Shown: positions 20,055-33,909, counted from the first letter of the whole stretch. The stretch: DNA of 63,945 bases, filler included, from Parasitella parasitica NRRL 2501 (GCA_025201805.1; 8 parts of 7 records of this genome joined end to end with filler, not necessarily neighbours in it), one strand, 5' to 3'. Notes: generated by a model not told the origin, from the letters alone. Numbers and translations are program-made.

Positions 20055-22602
20055 TTAGTTGTTACGACCACCACGGAATCCTCCACGACCACCTCGAGAA
20101 CCTCCTCGAGAACCTCCTCGGGAACTTCCTCGAGAACCTCCACGACCACCACGCGCTTCGCCACGACCATTACGGTCTCCACCGAAACCTCCACGGCCAC
20201 CGCGGCTTCCACCACGGCCACCACGGCTTCCATGACGACCACCACGGCTTCCATCACGACCACCACGGCTTCCATCACGACCACCACGGCTTCCATCACG
20301 ACCACCACGGCTTCCATCACGACCACCACGGCTTCCATCACGACCACCACGGCTTCCATCACGACCACCACGGCTTCCATCACGACCACCACGGCTTCCA
20401 CCACGAGATACACTGCGTCCACCTTCATGGTCATCATATCTAGGTTTTTTTGTTTGCTCACTATTATCATCGTCATCAAAGGGTCTCTTTTGCCCACCAT
20501 CACCTGAACTACCACTATCTTGTGCTCTTTGATTTCTTCTATCAGTAACGTCCTTATTTTCCAGCGAGAATTCAACAATTAACCGTTTGCCATCAAAAAT
20601 ATCAGGGTTGTTGTTAAGATATCTTAATGATGCCAAAGCATGAGAATGAGTATTGAATTCCAGGAAGCCATAACCCTTTGAACGTAATTCATTTGTTGCA
20701 GTATCGATTCTATCTTTGCTTCTTATAATCTTTGCTTGCTTTACACGAGGCAACAGGTGCCAGCCATCCTCTTTTTCATCCTTGGTAAGATCATCGCGTT
20801 GCCCACCCTTGACCTGATTTTTAAACTTGTTGATGCTACTCATACCAAGAGCTCTTAAATCAGAATCAGTAACCTTGATAGGTAAGTTACGGATAGAAAG
20901 ACGAGTCTTGGATATATATAGAGAGGGATTGCTGCTGACAAGCTTCTTTCTGCTGGAAAATGACATTTGACGTTTGGATAATTCAGATGGTGTCATAGTA
21001 GCTGCTGCAGGCGTTTCGGGAAAGACAACACCCTCACGCATCAGGTAAAGATTACGCTTATCTTCCTTGCGTTTTTGTGATAGATTATCGTCCTTGATTT
21101 GTTTGGCTTGTGTGCGATCGACAGCAAGCGTTACATCCAAAACACGACCATGAAGAGTGAATTTTGCACCATCACCTGAACCAGATTCAGGAGTAATGAT
21201 ACTCTTATATAACAACCCCTTCTTTTTCTTTTCACGCTTGGATAAAAGTTGATTCATGGCTTCTTTGTCATTTGCTTCATCTTTTTGTGAGAGAGCGCGA
21301 AGTGCATCTGCAGCCTCCAAGATAGTGTCAACATCTTCTTTTTTTCGCATGCAAACAAAGCCCGTGCCACGAGATAATTTGGTAACAGGATCTCTGGTAA
21401 TTTTGGCGTACACGACAGGGCCCCACTGCTTGAAACTAGATATACATTTAGCAAATAGTCGTAAACATTCGGTAGAGCTACTTACAGTTGCTTTAAATCT
21501 TCCTCGGTGCTCTCAAATAAGAGATTACGGATAAATAAAGTGGTACCCTCAGCAGTAGTGGGCCCAGTCTTTTTGACGACCTTCTTGACGTTGACGTTCC
21601 CCTCAGTTTCTCTATCGCTATCGAGATTTTCGCTGTCGCTATCATTTTCATCATCATCACTGCCATCTTCAGCACCTTCATCACTAACTTCTATCTCTTT
21701 TTCTCCACCGTCATCACTGTCATCGGATGAGTTACTGCTTTTGTCTTCTTGATCGTCATCGTCGTCACTGGCTTCCTTCATCTCGGTATCTTCATCTTTG
21801 GCTGCACCTTCAGCGACAGCCCTTTCTTTTTCTTCGGATTCACGATATTCACTTTTAGGGATAGACCAATCTACAGCAATTGTTCTACCATGATGCTCGG
21901 TTGCATTAATTGCTTCCATTGCCTAGTAGCACAAATTTTGTCAGTAAAGTATCCACACTCATATATACCAAGTATATTTACAGCTTTGCCCTCGTCTACA
22001 TTTTCAAATTGGATAAATGCAAAGCCACGGAGAGGGCCTCCTTCATACTTGCGAGGCAACTTGATATCATGGACCTTGCCATACTTTTCAAACAAAGATT
22101 TTAAATCAGCCTCTCTGTACTTCCACGGCAAATTACGAACGATCAAGCGGGCATTCACATCGAAATTTAGGGGTTCTAAAGGCTTCTTGGGCTCAGTGTC
22201 AGTGACAGCAGGAGCGATGACATCTGGCTCCTTCCTAGGAAGTTCACGAACAGTTTCTGACTTTCTCTTGGCGAGTTCGATCTTTAGTTTTCTTCCTTGA
22301 AATTTAACCTTCTTCAATTTCGAGATGGCAGATTTGGCATCTTCTTCTAAGGCATAATGCACATAGCCAAAACCTTTGTTCTTGGGAGGCTGCCCTTCTA
22401 CAGGAGCAATTGATTTATTGGTAACGACAAAACACTTGCGGATAGGTCCGATTTCCCCAAAGAAATCTTCGAGATCTTTGCTAGTAGCTTCAAATGGAAG
22501 TCCACTAACAAACAAGGTTAATTTTGCGTGAGGATCTTCTGAAGATTTCTTGCTAGTCGTCTTTTTGGTGTGTTTTTTTGTTTCGAGAATTTCTTCAGAC
22601 AT
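20055..22602 (-). CDS. NOP4: Nucleolar protein 4 (Nop4/RBM28), multi-RRM 60S biogenesis factor; exons 22602-21982, 21922-21486, 21435-20055
   Basis: Four RRMs (KGFGYV, RGFAFI, RGTGFV, SKGYGF), DKRNLYLMREG, SKTRLSIRNLP, RLIVEFSLEN; two GT-AG introns restore the frame. Confidence 0.93.
20206..20403 (-). repeat. 21-bp coding tandem repeat encoding (GGRDGSR)n RGG tail
   Basis: About 9 copies of ccaccacggcttccatcacga. Confidence 0.95.
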
Positions 22603-23691
22603 TTTTGCTTTGAAAGAAATGATGTTGATGGTTGAACAATTTTTTTTTTGTCGAACATTTGGCATTTCTGGATGTGATTGCAGTGGCTTCATACCAAGCA
22701 AAACAGTCCCTAATAATGGAAAGGAATTGCATAAATGGATGCTCGGTTGTTTATCGCTCAGTTTCAGATTTAGCAAAGCTGTTTTGTTGTAAGTATGTTT
22801 AGGCAAGCTTGTGAAATATAGTGAGAAACATAGCCATCAATTTTTGTATCAACAACTGGGATAGTGTAATTAAATCGCTTCTCGGCTTAATAGCAGTTTC
22901 TATGGATTTATTAGACCCTTTTGGTAGGCTATACACATCCCTCGAATCTAAGTTTTATTACCGTGCACTGTATTCCTACTTTGAGGTGAATAAAGCTGGA
23001 TAGATTCGTCCATAGAAATAAATTTATCTTGTCAAAGCACCACCTTCCAATTTAAAACACATTTTTTCCTTTGAACACAAATAAATACCCTTGGATCATT
23101 TTAAGTGCCAACTTCTCTACGATCATCAGCAAATATTTTAATCTGGACAATAATCTTTCTTTCATTGAGGCAGAGAGAACATTCTATTTTATAGCTTGTA
23201 TAAAGGAAACTGTAAAATTTTCGTTTATCCATTGTGTAAAATTGGAAGTAAAAAAGCATATCTTGAATCCAGCATCTGGAAATTGAAATTGATAGTAAAA
23301 TTTAAGCTCTTTTTCTGAGATATCATGCGCATTGTGTTGATTATGGAATAGCGAAAACGAGATGTTATAGTCTAAAACTGGCATTAAGTTGCATGATCTA
23401 TCACTCATTGTGTATTGCATATTGCGTTGATTAGAATGGTTTGGTAAAATTTTAAATTGATATCTCGAACAGCACACATCCAATGCAAAGTGTATTACTC
23501 TAGCTCTTTATTAATTGAATACGCAGACATTTGAGGCGCAATTCGGCAACGTTTAGTAAAATACTACAGTTTATCCTATCGAATGATTGATTACAAGCAG
23601 CACAAACGATTAGCCTCACTGAATCAATTTATATGAAAAGACTTCGTAGTAATCATGATCCACTATAAACGTCAAACAATCTCATCAAAAA

Positions 23692-24587
23692 ATGACGACT
23701 AACAATACTACTATTCCTACAAAGACACTCTTAACTCCTCTCAAAATTGGTAGATGCAATCTCAAATATCGAGCTGTTTTATCCCCAATGACATGATTTC
23801 GTGCGTCGAAAACCGCTGTAGCCACAGATCTTCTTGTAGAATACTACAAGAGCTACAGAAGGTGGACTTGAGATTACAGAAGAAACCTTTATCACTCGAC
23901 TCACTGGTGGTTATATCCAAGCAATGGCATTTACAAACAAGAGCAAATCCACGCTTGGAAGAATGTTATTTCTACTGTCCACCAAAAGGGAGCTCTTATT
24001 TATGTGCAACTATGGCATATTGATCGTGCTGGAGCTTCAAACTTAACTCCTAACAACGAGCAACCTGTTGGCCCTTCAAATATAACTGTTACTGGTAGCA
24101 AAATTTATGGTGATGCTCACGAGGAACCTCACGTCCTGGAAATTGGGAATTATTGGACAGTCCCGTAAAAGCTGCTTTGAATGCGATCCAAGCTGGATTC
24201 GATGTTATTGAGATTCATAGTGCCATTGGTGAAGAGCGTACAGCTATTCGTTTATCACTCGATGGTGAATATCAAGATGTGTACGATGATACAGTAACTG
24301 AAACTTGGAGTTAATTGACTACTCGACTCCAAGAGGATCATCCAAATTTGAGTTATCTGCATTTTATTGAAACCTTATCTAATATTCTCCACGAAAATTT
24401 TGTCACTCGAACCATATCGTCGGATTGTAAAGGGAACTTTTATCTCTGCAATTGCTTTCCTAAAAATCTGGAGCATGCGTTTAATCTTTCAGAAAAGACT
24501 GGTGATTTAATTTCATTCGGCCGTGCCTTTTTTACCAATCCTGATCTCGTTGCAAAACTTCATCGCGGCTAGCCCCTCAACAAATAT
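23692..24587 (+). pseudogene. Old yellow enzyme (NADH:flavin oxidoreductase) pseudogene
   Basis: LTPLKIG, LSPMT*FRA, EYY..RAT.GGL.ITE, YVQLWH, AGFD.IEIH, FGRAF..NPDLV, PLNKY; stops, frameshifts, internal deletion; 3' end cut by LTR. Confidence 0.88.
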
Positions 24588-24897
24588 TGATTTATCAGAA
24601 TGAGAAATTATTTAAATAAAACGGTTGTGAATTAATCAGGTAAAGATCTCGTTTATTACGTGGAAAAAATGATGGTTTATATACTAGTGAATCTAAGTGG
24701 ACTGATGAGAGGATAAGATACAAGTGTGAGACATGGTGTGATTTAGAGAGTGGAACGATAGATTATTTTTATATTGTCCATGAATATGTCATGTTGAGTT
24801 ATAAATAAGGAACATGATCCATTGGGATATGTTCCTGAATTGTGTTCAGGATTGAGTTTACTTGAGTTTGACTTCCGGTTGGGAAATTGACACATCA
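24588..24897 (+). mobile_element. LTR (same family as 5656-5963)
   Basis: TGAT...ATCA termini and high identity to 5656-5963; no TSD; followed by short tandem repeats (tagcatgtcta), possibly element leader sequence. Confidence 0.85.
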
Positions 24898-26868
24898 GTC
24901 TTATCCAGTCTATATTAATAATACATGTCTGAGTGTATATCACTTGGTATTCATCTTAGCATATATCGGTATATGTAGCATGTCTATAGCATGTCTATAG
25001 CATATCTATAGCATTGCACATATTGTACAAGTCTGTAGTACATGATGTATCTGTAGCTAGTATCATGGATATTGTACAAAATACAATCAGGTCATGTTTG
25101 ACATTTAATTTTCAAACAAGGTTATAACACAGTAGTAGTCAGAGCAAGACCTATTTCCATATTTAATCAGCTAATCGTTATGAATGTGAATCATTCATCG
25201 ATAAGTTGAGCTTCGCAATTTAGAATAAGTAAAACCCAAATAGATGGTTTCTTATACAAGACATTCTATTGAATACTTCTATTTACTAGATAGAATAATC
25301 GATGCCATTTAACCTTAGATCCGATCAGGAACGGTTGCCATGACAACTGAGTTGAGATAGTGGTAACCATGGTATTCTATGGATACAACAGTGGTAGCAT
25401 TACAAAATTGACTTATACTCGTAACAAAATGTCAGTGTTGAGAGAGAATTAGATAGTGATTACGAACTACAGGATATGATAAAAGCTTTAAACTCAAGCA
25501 AAGGAAAGAAGCGTAGGTTCAAACCTAGAATCCCGTCGACTAGAAATATGAGACAAAGGTTACATGTCATATTACGCAAACTATCCCTTTATAATATTGA
25601 TACAAACACAAAACAAAAAACACACCTACTTTTTATCTTGTTACAACTTTTAATATAATATTACTATTGTATTATATTTTAAATCTACTATTTCTGTGTA
25701 AATACATTACACCTTTTAGATACTGAATCATTATATTATTTGTATCTGACAAAAATTGATACTCTGCGGTGCGGGTTTTGTGAAATTGGTAGCGATGTTT
25801 TGGAAAGATCTTGCAGTAAACAGGTCAATCCCGAGACTAATTAGACTGTTTTGCTGTTGTTTAAGTGTATATTATGTCGAATAACTAGGATGGTATGGTA
25901 TCTCAGCGATAGAATAGCAAATAATTATATATGACAGAATTTTAAACGTAAGAAGAAAGTTCGATTTATTTCAAGTTTGAAGCATAATAATTCCATATAT
26001 ATATCTAATATGAGACGTTCCCAGAATTCAACATCAGATTCAGGAACGTAGCTTCCATTGGCTCAGACTCTGATCACGTGCGGATGATCAATCAGCACCA
26101 CAAAAACAATTTACATCTGTAACAAAATGTCAGATGTAGAATTCAATAGTAGGTAACCAGCAAGTATAATATGGAGAAAAAACACGTGATATCCACTATG
26201 CAATGTTCGGGCAAATTTTAGATAAGAGAGAATATAGTAGGCTTTGATTAACAGAATAATGATGTTCATTTAATAAATTTCATGTTATATTTATACTAAA
26301 AGTAAACTATTTCCAGAAGTTACGATGGTTTTGTATTTGTCTATCTTGGTTTCTAAAAATTGCTATCTATTTCTAATGTAAATAAGCTTATGTTTCTTGA
26401 ACTTTCTGGAAGGAAAAGTACTTTTGGCTTGAACTTGCGTTTGCCCGGCTTGGCCATTGCTACCTCTGGAATAGATGTCATACCAGTACTGACAAAAATT
26501 GATACGTTTGTGCTGGTAAGTTGTGAAATGAGTTGGTTTTTTTTTGTGAAGCAATTTGTTCTCCTAAGTTCGAATTGCCGAGACGAAATGTTTGTACAAA
26601 GGATATTCGTATTTGATTTAATAAGTAGTTGTTCCTAAGGGTTTACTGTGTTTCTGTGATCTGTTCTTCAATTGGAATAGGCAACAATTAATAAAAGCGA
26701 ATTACGAAAGAAAAGCTCTATGTTTATTTGAAGATCAACTTCTACTTTTAATGTCTCAGGTACCGAGTTCTTGGACAGACTACATCTTGTGTATCTTCTC
26801 ATATCACGTGCTTCCTTTTTCGGTGACCTAATAATAAGTAATCCATGGCACGTATCAAAAATATAGAA

Positions 26869-26950
26869 GTCGCTTTGTCCGAGTGGTTAAGGAGTATGAT
26901 TAGAAATCATATAGGCTCTGCCTGCGCAGGTTCAAATCCTGCAGGCGACG
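26869..26950 (+). tRNA. tRNA-Ser (anticodon AGA)
   Basis: Acceptor GTCGCTT/AGGCGAC, D arm with TGG, anticodon stem TATGA/TCATA with loop TTAGAAA, long variable arm, GTTCAAAT T loop, downstream T6 Pol III terminator. Confidence 0.96.
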
Positions 26951-29141
26951 ATATCTTTTTTACGTTTAACGTGTAGTGAGTGTAGTCCGAATAGGTTACC
27001 CTTTTATTGAAATATTTCAGCCAATGGATTCAGTATTCAAGTGAATACCCCATTCTAATAAAAATACAAATTAGATTAAAATTAAGGAATGTACTTTCAA
27101 AACAAAGTCTTTTACTTATCTTATACATTTAATTATTGATTATGATTGCAATGGAATGGTATAACTAAAAGCGCAAAACTGAAAAAATAAGACTCAAATT
27201 GTTATGCGCAGAGGATATATAAATATGATCTGCTCAAAAAAATGTATAACTTTATAGAAATAAAATCAGACANNNNNNNNNNNNNNNNNNNNNNNNNNNN
27301 NNNNNNNNNNNNNNNNTTAATTAATTAANNNNNNNNNNNNNNNNNNNNNNNNNNNNNNNNNNNNNNNNNNNNAAAAAAAAAATCTACGCTGGCTTTACAA
27401 AGACGCACACTTTTGAACCATTCCAGTATTATAGAAAAGATGGCACAAGTTTGACTAGCTGTTCTACTGTGCAACTGGAGATACAGAACCCAGCTTGGTA
27501 TTTGTCTGGCAAGACCTTCCACACTAGAAGACGCCAGGGCAACTGAAGGTATAAGAAAATGCCAAAGAAAAGGAAACAATCTGCCACCAGGATAACTCGG
27601 CCATTCATAAAAAGTTTTCTGTATAGAAATTTATAAAATCCTAAGGACATAAATGTGTTTACCTTCAACTTTGCTCTCCGTCCCTGAATCCAATTAAAGG
27701 TTTTTGATCCAAAGTCAACAGACACACTTACACCCATAATCACAGATAATTGTCAATAGATAACCGTAACCTTTTTTAAAGACTACCTTGAACTCAAAGA
27801 TATGACACATTTGCTTTGTATTTTCACTATGAATGAAATAAAGCGATTATTCTTTTTCTCTAAGTATGGAAAATCCCCACTCAAAATCTTTTTAGGGGAC
27901 ACATATGTCTTCTCTCAGAAACTTCTTAGCTTTTTGTCAGAAATAAAAGGTTTGATACCAGAAACCCTAATATATATTATCACAATCACCATGACTTATT
28001 TGAACTTTTTTCTTTTCAGAAACTGCAAAATGGCAGTACATCCACAAGTGACAAAGCAGAATTTGCCTCTAGTCTTACCCGAAATGATAAATGCCTTTTC
28101 CAACAAAACTTTCTCTAGCTATACAGTCAACCTGCAACTCTACACTTCCTTCCAGACAGACCATTCTTTTTAAGCACTTGCCTTTTTCGAATCTTGAAGA
28201 CAAAAGTAAGGATTAACAATATTCAACTTTGTTATAGTTGTGAAAAAAAAATAGTTTGTTGTTCAAGTTGAAATTTTTTTTATTATATCGGATTTCGCAT
28301 TCAAAAAGATGAAAATCAATAATTTTTGAAAAGAAAGACTTAATTTCAGTAAATCTCTTCTTTTGTTAAACATTTAGAAAAAAAAAACTTACACTATGTT
28401 CAGTTTTCTTGAGCTATTTAACCTCACTCTCAATGTACCATATGTAAAGTAAATTTTTTTCTAATATTTTTTCCCACGCTAAATGCAGTCGTGATACTCA
28501 ATCTACAAGCCATTATCGAAATGAAAACATTTAATGATCCCAGATCAAACATTTTAACAAGAGTTTACAAAGTGCTATTCTAACAATTGCTCAATGTAAT
28601 ACTGCTTTTTCAGATTATGCAAGATACTGTATTATTTGATCATTATCGTGTTTCATTCAAATTTCTGAAAGAAAAAAATAACTAATTTTGACAGCCATCT
28701 CGAATGACTCACACATGGACCCGACAAATGTAAATTCGTCTACATTAGATCAGAGCCTTTTCCGAGTTGGTGCATGCCACGCAAACATGACTTATAACTG
28801 AAAAATGATTAAATCTATGATCATGGATAATTTTATAAGGTCAATAGGTTTCGAATTAGCCGAATGCTTGTACGGTAACAAATCGATTTCCAATGCTTGG
28901 AAAAGGTCACCCTGGAATTGAATAAGAAGGGGGATGGGATGGGACTATGTTTAAATTTTTTTTTTTTTCTCTCTCTTCTTCATTAGAACCATAATCAAGA
29001 TTTGCGATATCACAGTAAAGTAGAGCTTGAACCATCGTTGTTCTTTACTTATTTCAGCCCTTAATTTTGTCTGCCAGCCATCAATTTTGAGAGACTCTAT
29101 ACTCTAACATACCCCCCTCCCTCCCTCACTGAAAGTTCCAA

Positions 29142-30300
29142 ATGTCTGATAACGCTATCAAAATTTTCACAGGTAACTCACACCCTGAACTCGCCAAGCT
29201 TGTTGCGAAGCGTATTGGTATTGACTTGGCCAAGGCTGTTGTGATGAAGTATTCCAATCAAGAAACCTCGGTTACGGTTGGTGAGTCTGTTCGTGACGAA
29301 GACGTCTTTATCATCCAGTCTGGTTGCGGTGAAATCAACGATAATTTGATGGAACTTTTGATCTTGATCAATGCCTGTAAAACGGCCTCTGCCCGCAGAA
29401 TCACTGCGGTCATCCCCTGCTTCCCTTATGCTCGCCAAGACAAGAAGGACAAGAGCCGTGCCCCCATTACCGCAAAGTTAACTGCCAACATGTTGACTGT
29501 TGCCGGTGCTAATCATGTCATTACCATGGATCTTCATGCTTCTCAGATCCAAGGCTTCTTCAACATTCCTGTCGACAATTTGTATTGCGAACCCTCCATG
29601 ATTAAATACATCCGCACCAAGATTCCTGACTGGAAAAATGCTATCATTGTCTCTCCTGATGCTGGTGGTGCCAAGCGGTAAGTTTCCGTTTTTTTTCTTT
29701 CTTTCTTGGTAATGTAGTTGTTTGTGAGTATTTATTTCCTTTTTTATCCCAGTGCCACGTCAATTGCCGACCGTCTGGAACTTGATTTTGCACTGATCCA
29801 TAAAGAGCGTAAGAGAGCTAATGAGGTGTCTCGAATGGTGCTTGTTGGTGATGTTGAAGGGTTAGTTCGAGATCAAAACAAATATAGAAAGAGAAGGAAT
29901 TTGCTAAAAATATGTGTGCGTTTGACAGAAAAATTGCAATCTTGGTTGATGATATGGCAGATACATGTGGTACCTTGGGCTTGGCTGCAAAGACTTTAAT
30001 GGAAAATGGTGCTATCAAGGTGTATGCTATCGTTGCTCATGGTATTCTCTCTGGAAAAGCCATCAAGGTTATCAATGACTCTGTCATTGAGAAGCTTGTC
30101 GTGACAAATACGATTCCTCATCAGGACAAATTGGTAAGTTTCAATATCTTTGCAGCGGATTTGATTGCTGATTTTTTGTTGTTTAGGACATTTGTCCCAA
30201 GCTTGATGTCATTGATATCTCACCTACTCTTGCTGAAGCCATCCGTAGAACTCATAATGGTGAATCAGTTTCTTATCTTTTCTCTCATGCTCCCGAGTAA
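29142..30300 (+). CDS. PRS: Ribose-phosphate pyrophosphokinase (PRPP synthetase); exons 29142-29677, 29753-29860, 29929-30133, 30187-30300
   Basis: [53 protein letters not shown]; three canonical introns. Confidence 0.97.
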
Positions 30301-30571
30301 AGGCATTTCACATCTCTTAATTTGATTTATACTCGCATATTTTTATAGTTTCTTTTTTTTTTTATCGTATTTTGAGATTCTAAAATATAAAATTCACTGA
30401 TCTCTTTATTGTGGAATTGGTGCGATTTTACTCTTTTCTTTTACTAATATCTCGTTTTTTTGTTGTCGTCTTGTTGCACATAAATATTACTTTTTTAAAA
30501 AAATTGAATAAACTTGTTCTTTAATATAAAGACGTTTTCATACATGTCTAATTCGTTTGCGATTAGCTATG

Positions 30572-31044
30572 TTAGACATCTAAATTATAGGCACTGCAAT
30601 CCGAATGCAACCTAAGGGTTTTATTTGCATCCTGGTTTGAAACTGCAGGCAGTCTATCCTCCAAGCCTATACTATTTTTTATCTTTTGCTCCTGGCTCTT
30701 TAAGATAATAGATCTCGGCCATGGGGTCTTTTTGGGACCAAAAATCCTTTCCGTTCCAAGCACATGCTGAGAAGTCAAACGGTCTGAGTGCGTGTGTTTT
30801 TTTTTAACAACTTGAGTTTACGATTGATCTTGATGTTCTGTTTCNNNNNNNNNNNNNNNNGCAAAGGAAGAAAAAAAAAGCTTTACAAAAAAGTGGGAAA
30901 GGATATATAAATCACGAAAAAAAAAAAAAAAAAAAAAGAACATTACCTGGGTCTAGAGAATGTCAAGTTACCTGCTGGTTTAACTGTACTAGGATCTACT
31001 CTCGGGTTCCAGAAAGTTAGGCTTGGTTTCTTATCGTCTGGCAT
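30572..31044 (-). CDS. Small spliced hypothetical gene spanning a gap
   Basis: ATG exon MPDDKKPSLTFWNPRVD... ending at a GTAATG donor; downstream ORF 30572-30778. Confidence 0.35.
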
Positions 31045-31378
31045 CAACAACTTATATAATGAAAAAACAAAGTGAAAGAAATGTTTAGGTATCTGATACC
31101 TCCAAAATGAAAACATCGTAGTGCACGTGCTGCCGTCTGCGACACTGCATCTGCTGCCACAGGCCTGCTTCGTTTTATGAAGCTGCTAATCAAGCAGTTC
31201 AATCTCCTCACACTTGTTTGAGCGAAAAACAATCCATGTCAATGCTTTATAATGTCTAGTGTATTTAAACTGTGTCTAGGTTTTTTGACATTATGTGAGT
31301 GTAAACAAGCAACGTTTTACTACAGCTAACTTTGAATCATTTTACAACTATATGGTATACAGGGAGTAACAGCAAGAC

Positions 31379-32018
31379 CTAATTTGAAGGCACCAAAAAT
31401 CCAACCAAGCACTTTTCCAATAAATAATCGATATTTACCCAAGAATGAGTCAACACTATGCAAATGTGTAAACAACCTGGAAGGGAGAGGAGGGGAGAAA
31501 ATTATCCTCAGACAATGAATCCAACTTACTGAATAGCTTTGTGCCGTCTCTGCCTGCACAGCGCAAAAGTTCCTTCTCTCCACCCGGATGAAATTTCAGA
31601 TATGCAGTTAGATTGTACACTTTTCCATGAATTACTGTCCAAGCAGCCTCCTTTTTAATCCGCTCCATAGTATGTCCTTCAAGTTGGCTCACTCCCTTGC
31701 GAATTCAAGTCAGTGCTCCAATTAAACATTTGCCTAGTGAGGCTTACCCGAAGGTCCTTTCCAGAACTTGTCAATTTTGCCCAATCTAAAGGTGAATGAC
31801 CAGGCTCTAGTCTGATTTTTTCTCGTTTACGAGGCTGCTTTGTAGCTGCTGCTGCCAGCCGTTGAGGGCCATTTCGAGAGGGAAACTCGGGGACATTGAG
31901 TGTTTCGTCTATGGTATGGTTAATAATAGGTGAATAGGTGAGGCTGGTCTTTTGGTATCTTCTTACTCGAAGGATTTGTTAAATTGACTGTGGGAACGTC
32001 ATTGTTGAAAGAGGCCAT
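31379..32018 (-). CDS. Cytochrome b5-like heme-binding protein (Irc21/CYB5R4 N-terminal type), 4 exons
   Basis: KIRLEPGHSPLDWAKL, GKVYNLTAYLKFHPGG, GRDGTKLF, HSWVN...LEKCLVG. Confidence 0.88.
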
Positions 32019-32288
32019 GGTTGTATAATTAATGCAGGTGAAAGAGAGAAAAAAAATAAAAAATTCAACAGTAGGCTGGAAGTTTCTGCTTTTAGGGGTT
32101 AAATGGAGTCGAATCAAATGATATATGACTAAGCAAGCCATATCACTGGATACCGAAATACCCTTTTGTACAAACAAGAGCAAACATTATACCGTATATA
32201 GAGAATACAATAGCTTTTATACATCAGATGCAACCATAAAGAGATGTTATATACATATAGACAAAACACAAAAACATGTTTAAACGTT

Positions 32289-33909
32289 TCATGAATACGC
32301 ACTCCAGTTAATAGAGGGTTTATCTGTCAAACCCAAGCATAAATCTAGATGGGTTGAGTTGGGTCTTCTGATGACATTACGAATAGCTTGATCTAGTGGG
32401 TAAATTTTCTCAGAATCAGAAATCACAATACGTTTTCCAGGGGGTGGTGAACCTGTCATGTCTATTTCTGCTAATAAATCTCGAAATGTAAAGGTATCTG
32501 TAATGGCCAAGTTGCGAAAATAGTAAAGCGCTGGTGGATCGCTTTTGGCAGATAAAGGGCGTAGAGAAACTGTTTCGATCATCATTTGCGGAGAAACTGA
32601 TGCTTCTTCTTGTTGAGGGCTTTTCATGATTGTATCTTGGGGATAGGCCTGAGCTTGCTGCTGCTGCCGCTGCTGCTTTTGCTTTTGCTGTTGCTGTTGT
32701 TGTTGTTGTTGTTGAGGCGAAGATGACATTGTGGGTAACGTATCAATAGGTTCCTGATGATTACGAGTTTGAAGAGGTGGTAAATGGGATGGAAAATTGT
32801 CAACCAACTGAGGCGTTTGGATATGCTGCTGAGGTTGTGCGTGCACCTGTTGTTGCGATACCTGCACGATTTGGTGTTGCTCCGGTACATGCTGCTGGAA
32901 TTCTTGGGGCATAGTGGGCAAATTTACAGCGGATGCATCGGGGGTGAATGAGTGTTGCTGAAGAAAGCTGTTTATGCGAGGTGAGTTGGTAAAAAGTGGA
33001 GTAGAAATGCTATGGTGGGGCCTCTGCGGTAACTGCGGCTCGATCCTTGGAGATTTGAACGTTCTCCTCTTTTTCATGGACGTAGAGTGAGACATTCTCG
33101 TAAAATCTGGTGCTTCGTGTATGCGTAGCATTTGAGGCTGATGGTGAGGATGATGAGGATGGGGAGGGTACTGTGCAGACAAAGAGATTTCTCTCACTTT
33201 AGCAGCTAACCCGCCTGAGCCAATAGGCTGACTTGTAGGGTACGGATTCAGATAGGGATGCTGGTTGTGGTCGTTGGCGGTTGAGTCGGCAGGAGAAGGA
33301 GGGGCGGCATGCATCAAGTCTTTGTTACGTTCGTGTCGTTTTTTCGCTCTGTAGAGAGTGCTCGAATGAGCCTTGCAAAGCGACACTTCGGACAGCTCTC
33401 TAAGCCCTATAATCCTTCCATGCTCATCCTTATACATTGCGTGCGCATTCTCATTGATCCAATTTATCGAGAATTCAAAATCGTCTGGGTCATCTCGATG
33501 CAGTTTTTTCGCCCTAGAGTCCAATCCGCCATCTGGCAGTTTTTTGCCTCTTCTTGGTCTAGCTTCTTGACATGCGCAGTCTACTCCATAGTTCTATTTA
33601 CATACATCCAACACAAATGGTCAAAAAGGGGTTTCCTGTTGATAGAAACTCAACTTACTTTGGAACAAGTGAAACATACGCTGCATACGACACACGCATT
33701 CTAATTTTGACATTTGTTAGTAAGCAGGCCTGTTTTGCCGGATTTCATGGTACCTTTCGTATAGGCAGATATCCTGGATGAAAGCCATGAACTGCTTCTG
33801 AATGATGCGGCAGCTGTGGCAGCAGTGATGTCGATGGCTGTTGCGGTGAGTTCTGGATGGGCAATTCAGCAATGACTTGAGCGAATTGGAATAGATTATT
33901 CTCGGACAT
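32289..33909 (-). CDS. Hypothetical protein with N-terminal Cys-rich putative Zn module and Gln/His-rich disordered region, 3 exons
   Basis: Spliced MSENNLFQ...RK/NACVVCSVCFTCSK/NYGVDCAC joined to the 411-aa ORF; TACTAAC branch site in the first intron. Confidence 0.75.

Noticed and set aside
20000-20578. His-rich, Val-rich and Thr-rich repeat ORFs
   Set aside because: Alternative-frame shadows of the NOP4 RGG repeat.
26725-26790. Possible displaced OYE C-terminus (RST..F...WTDY)
   Set aside because: Similarity is too weak and there is no matching TSD with the LTR junction at 24587.
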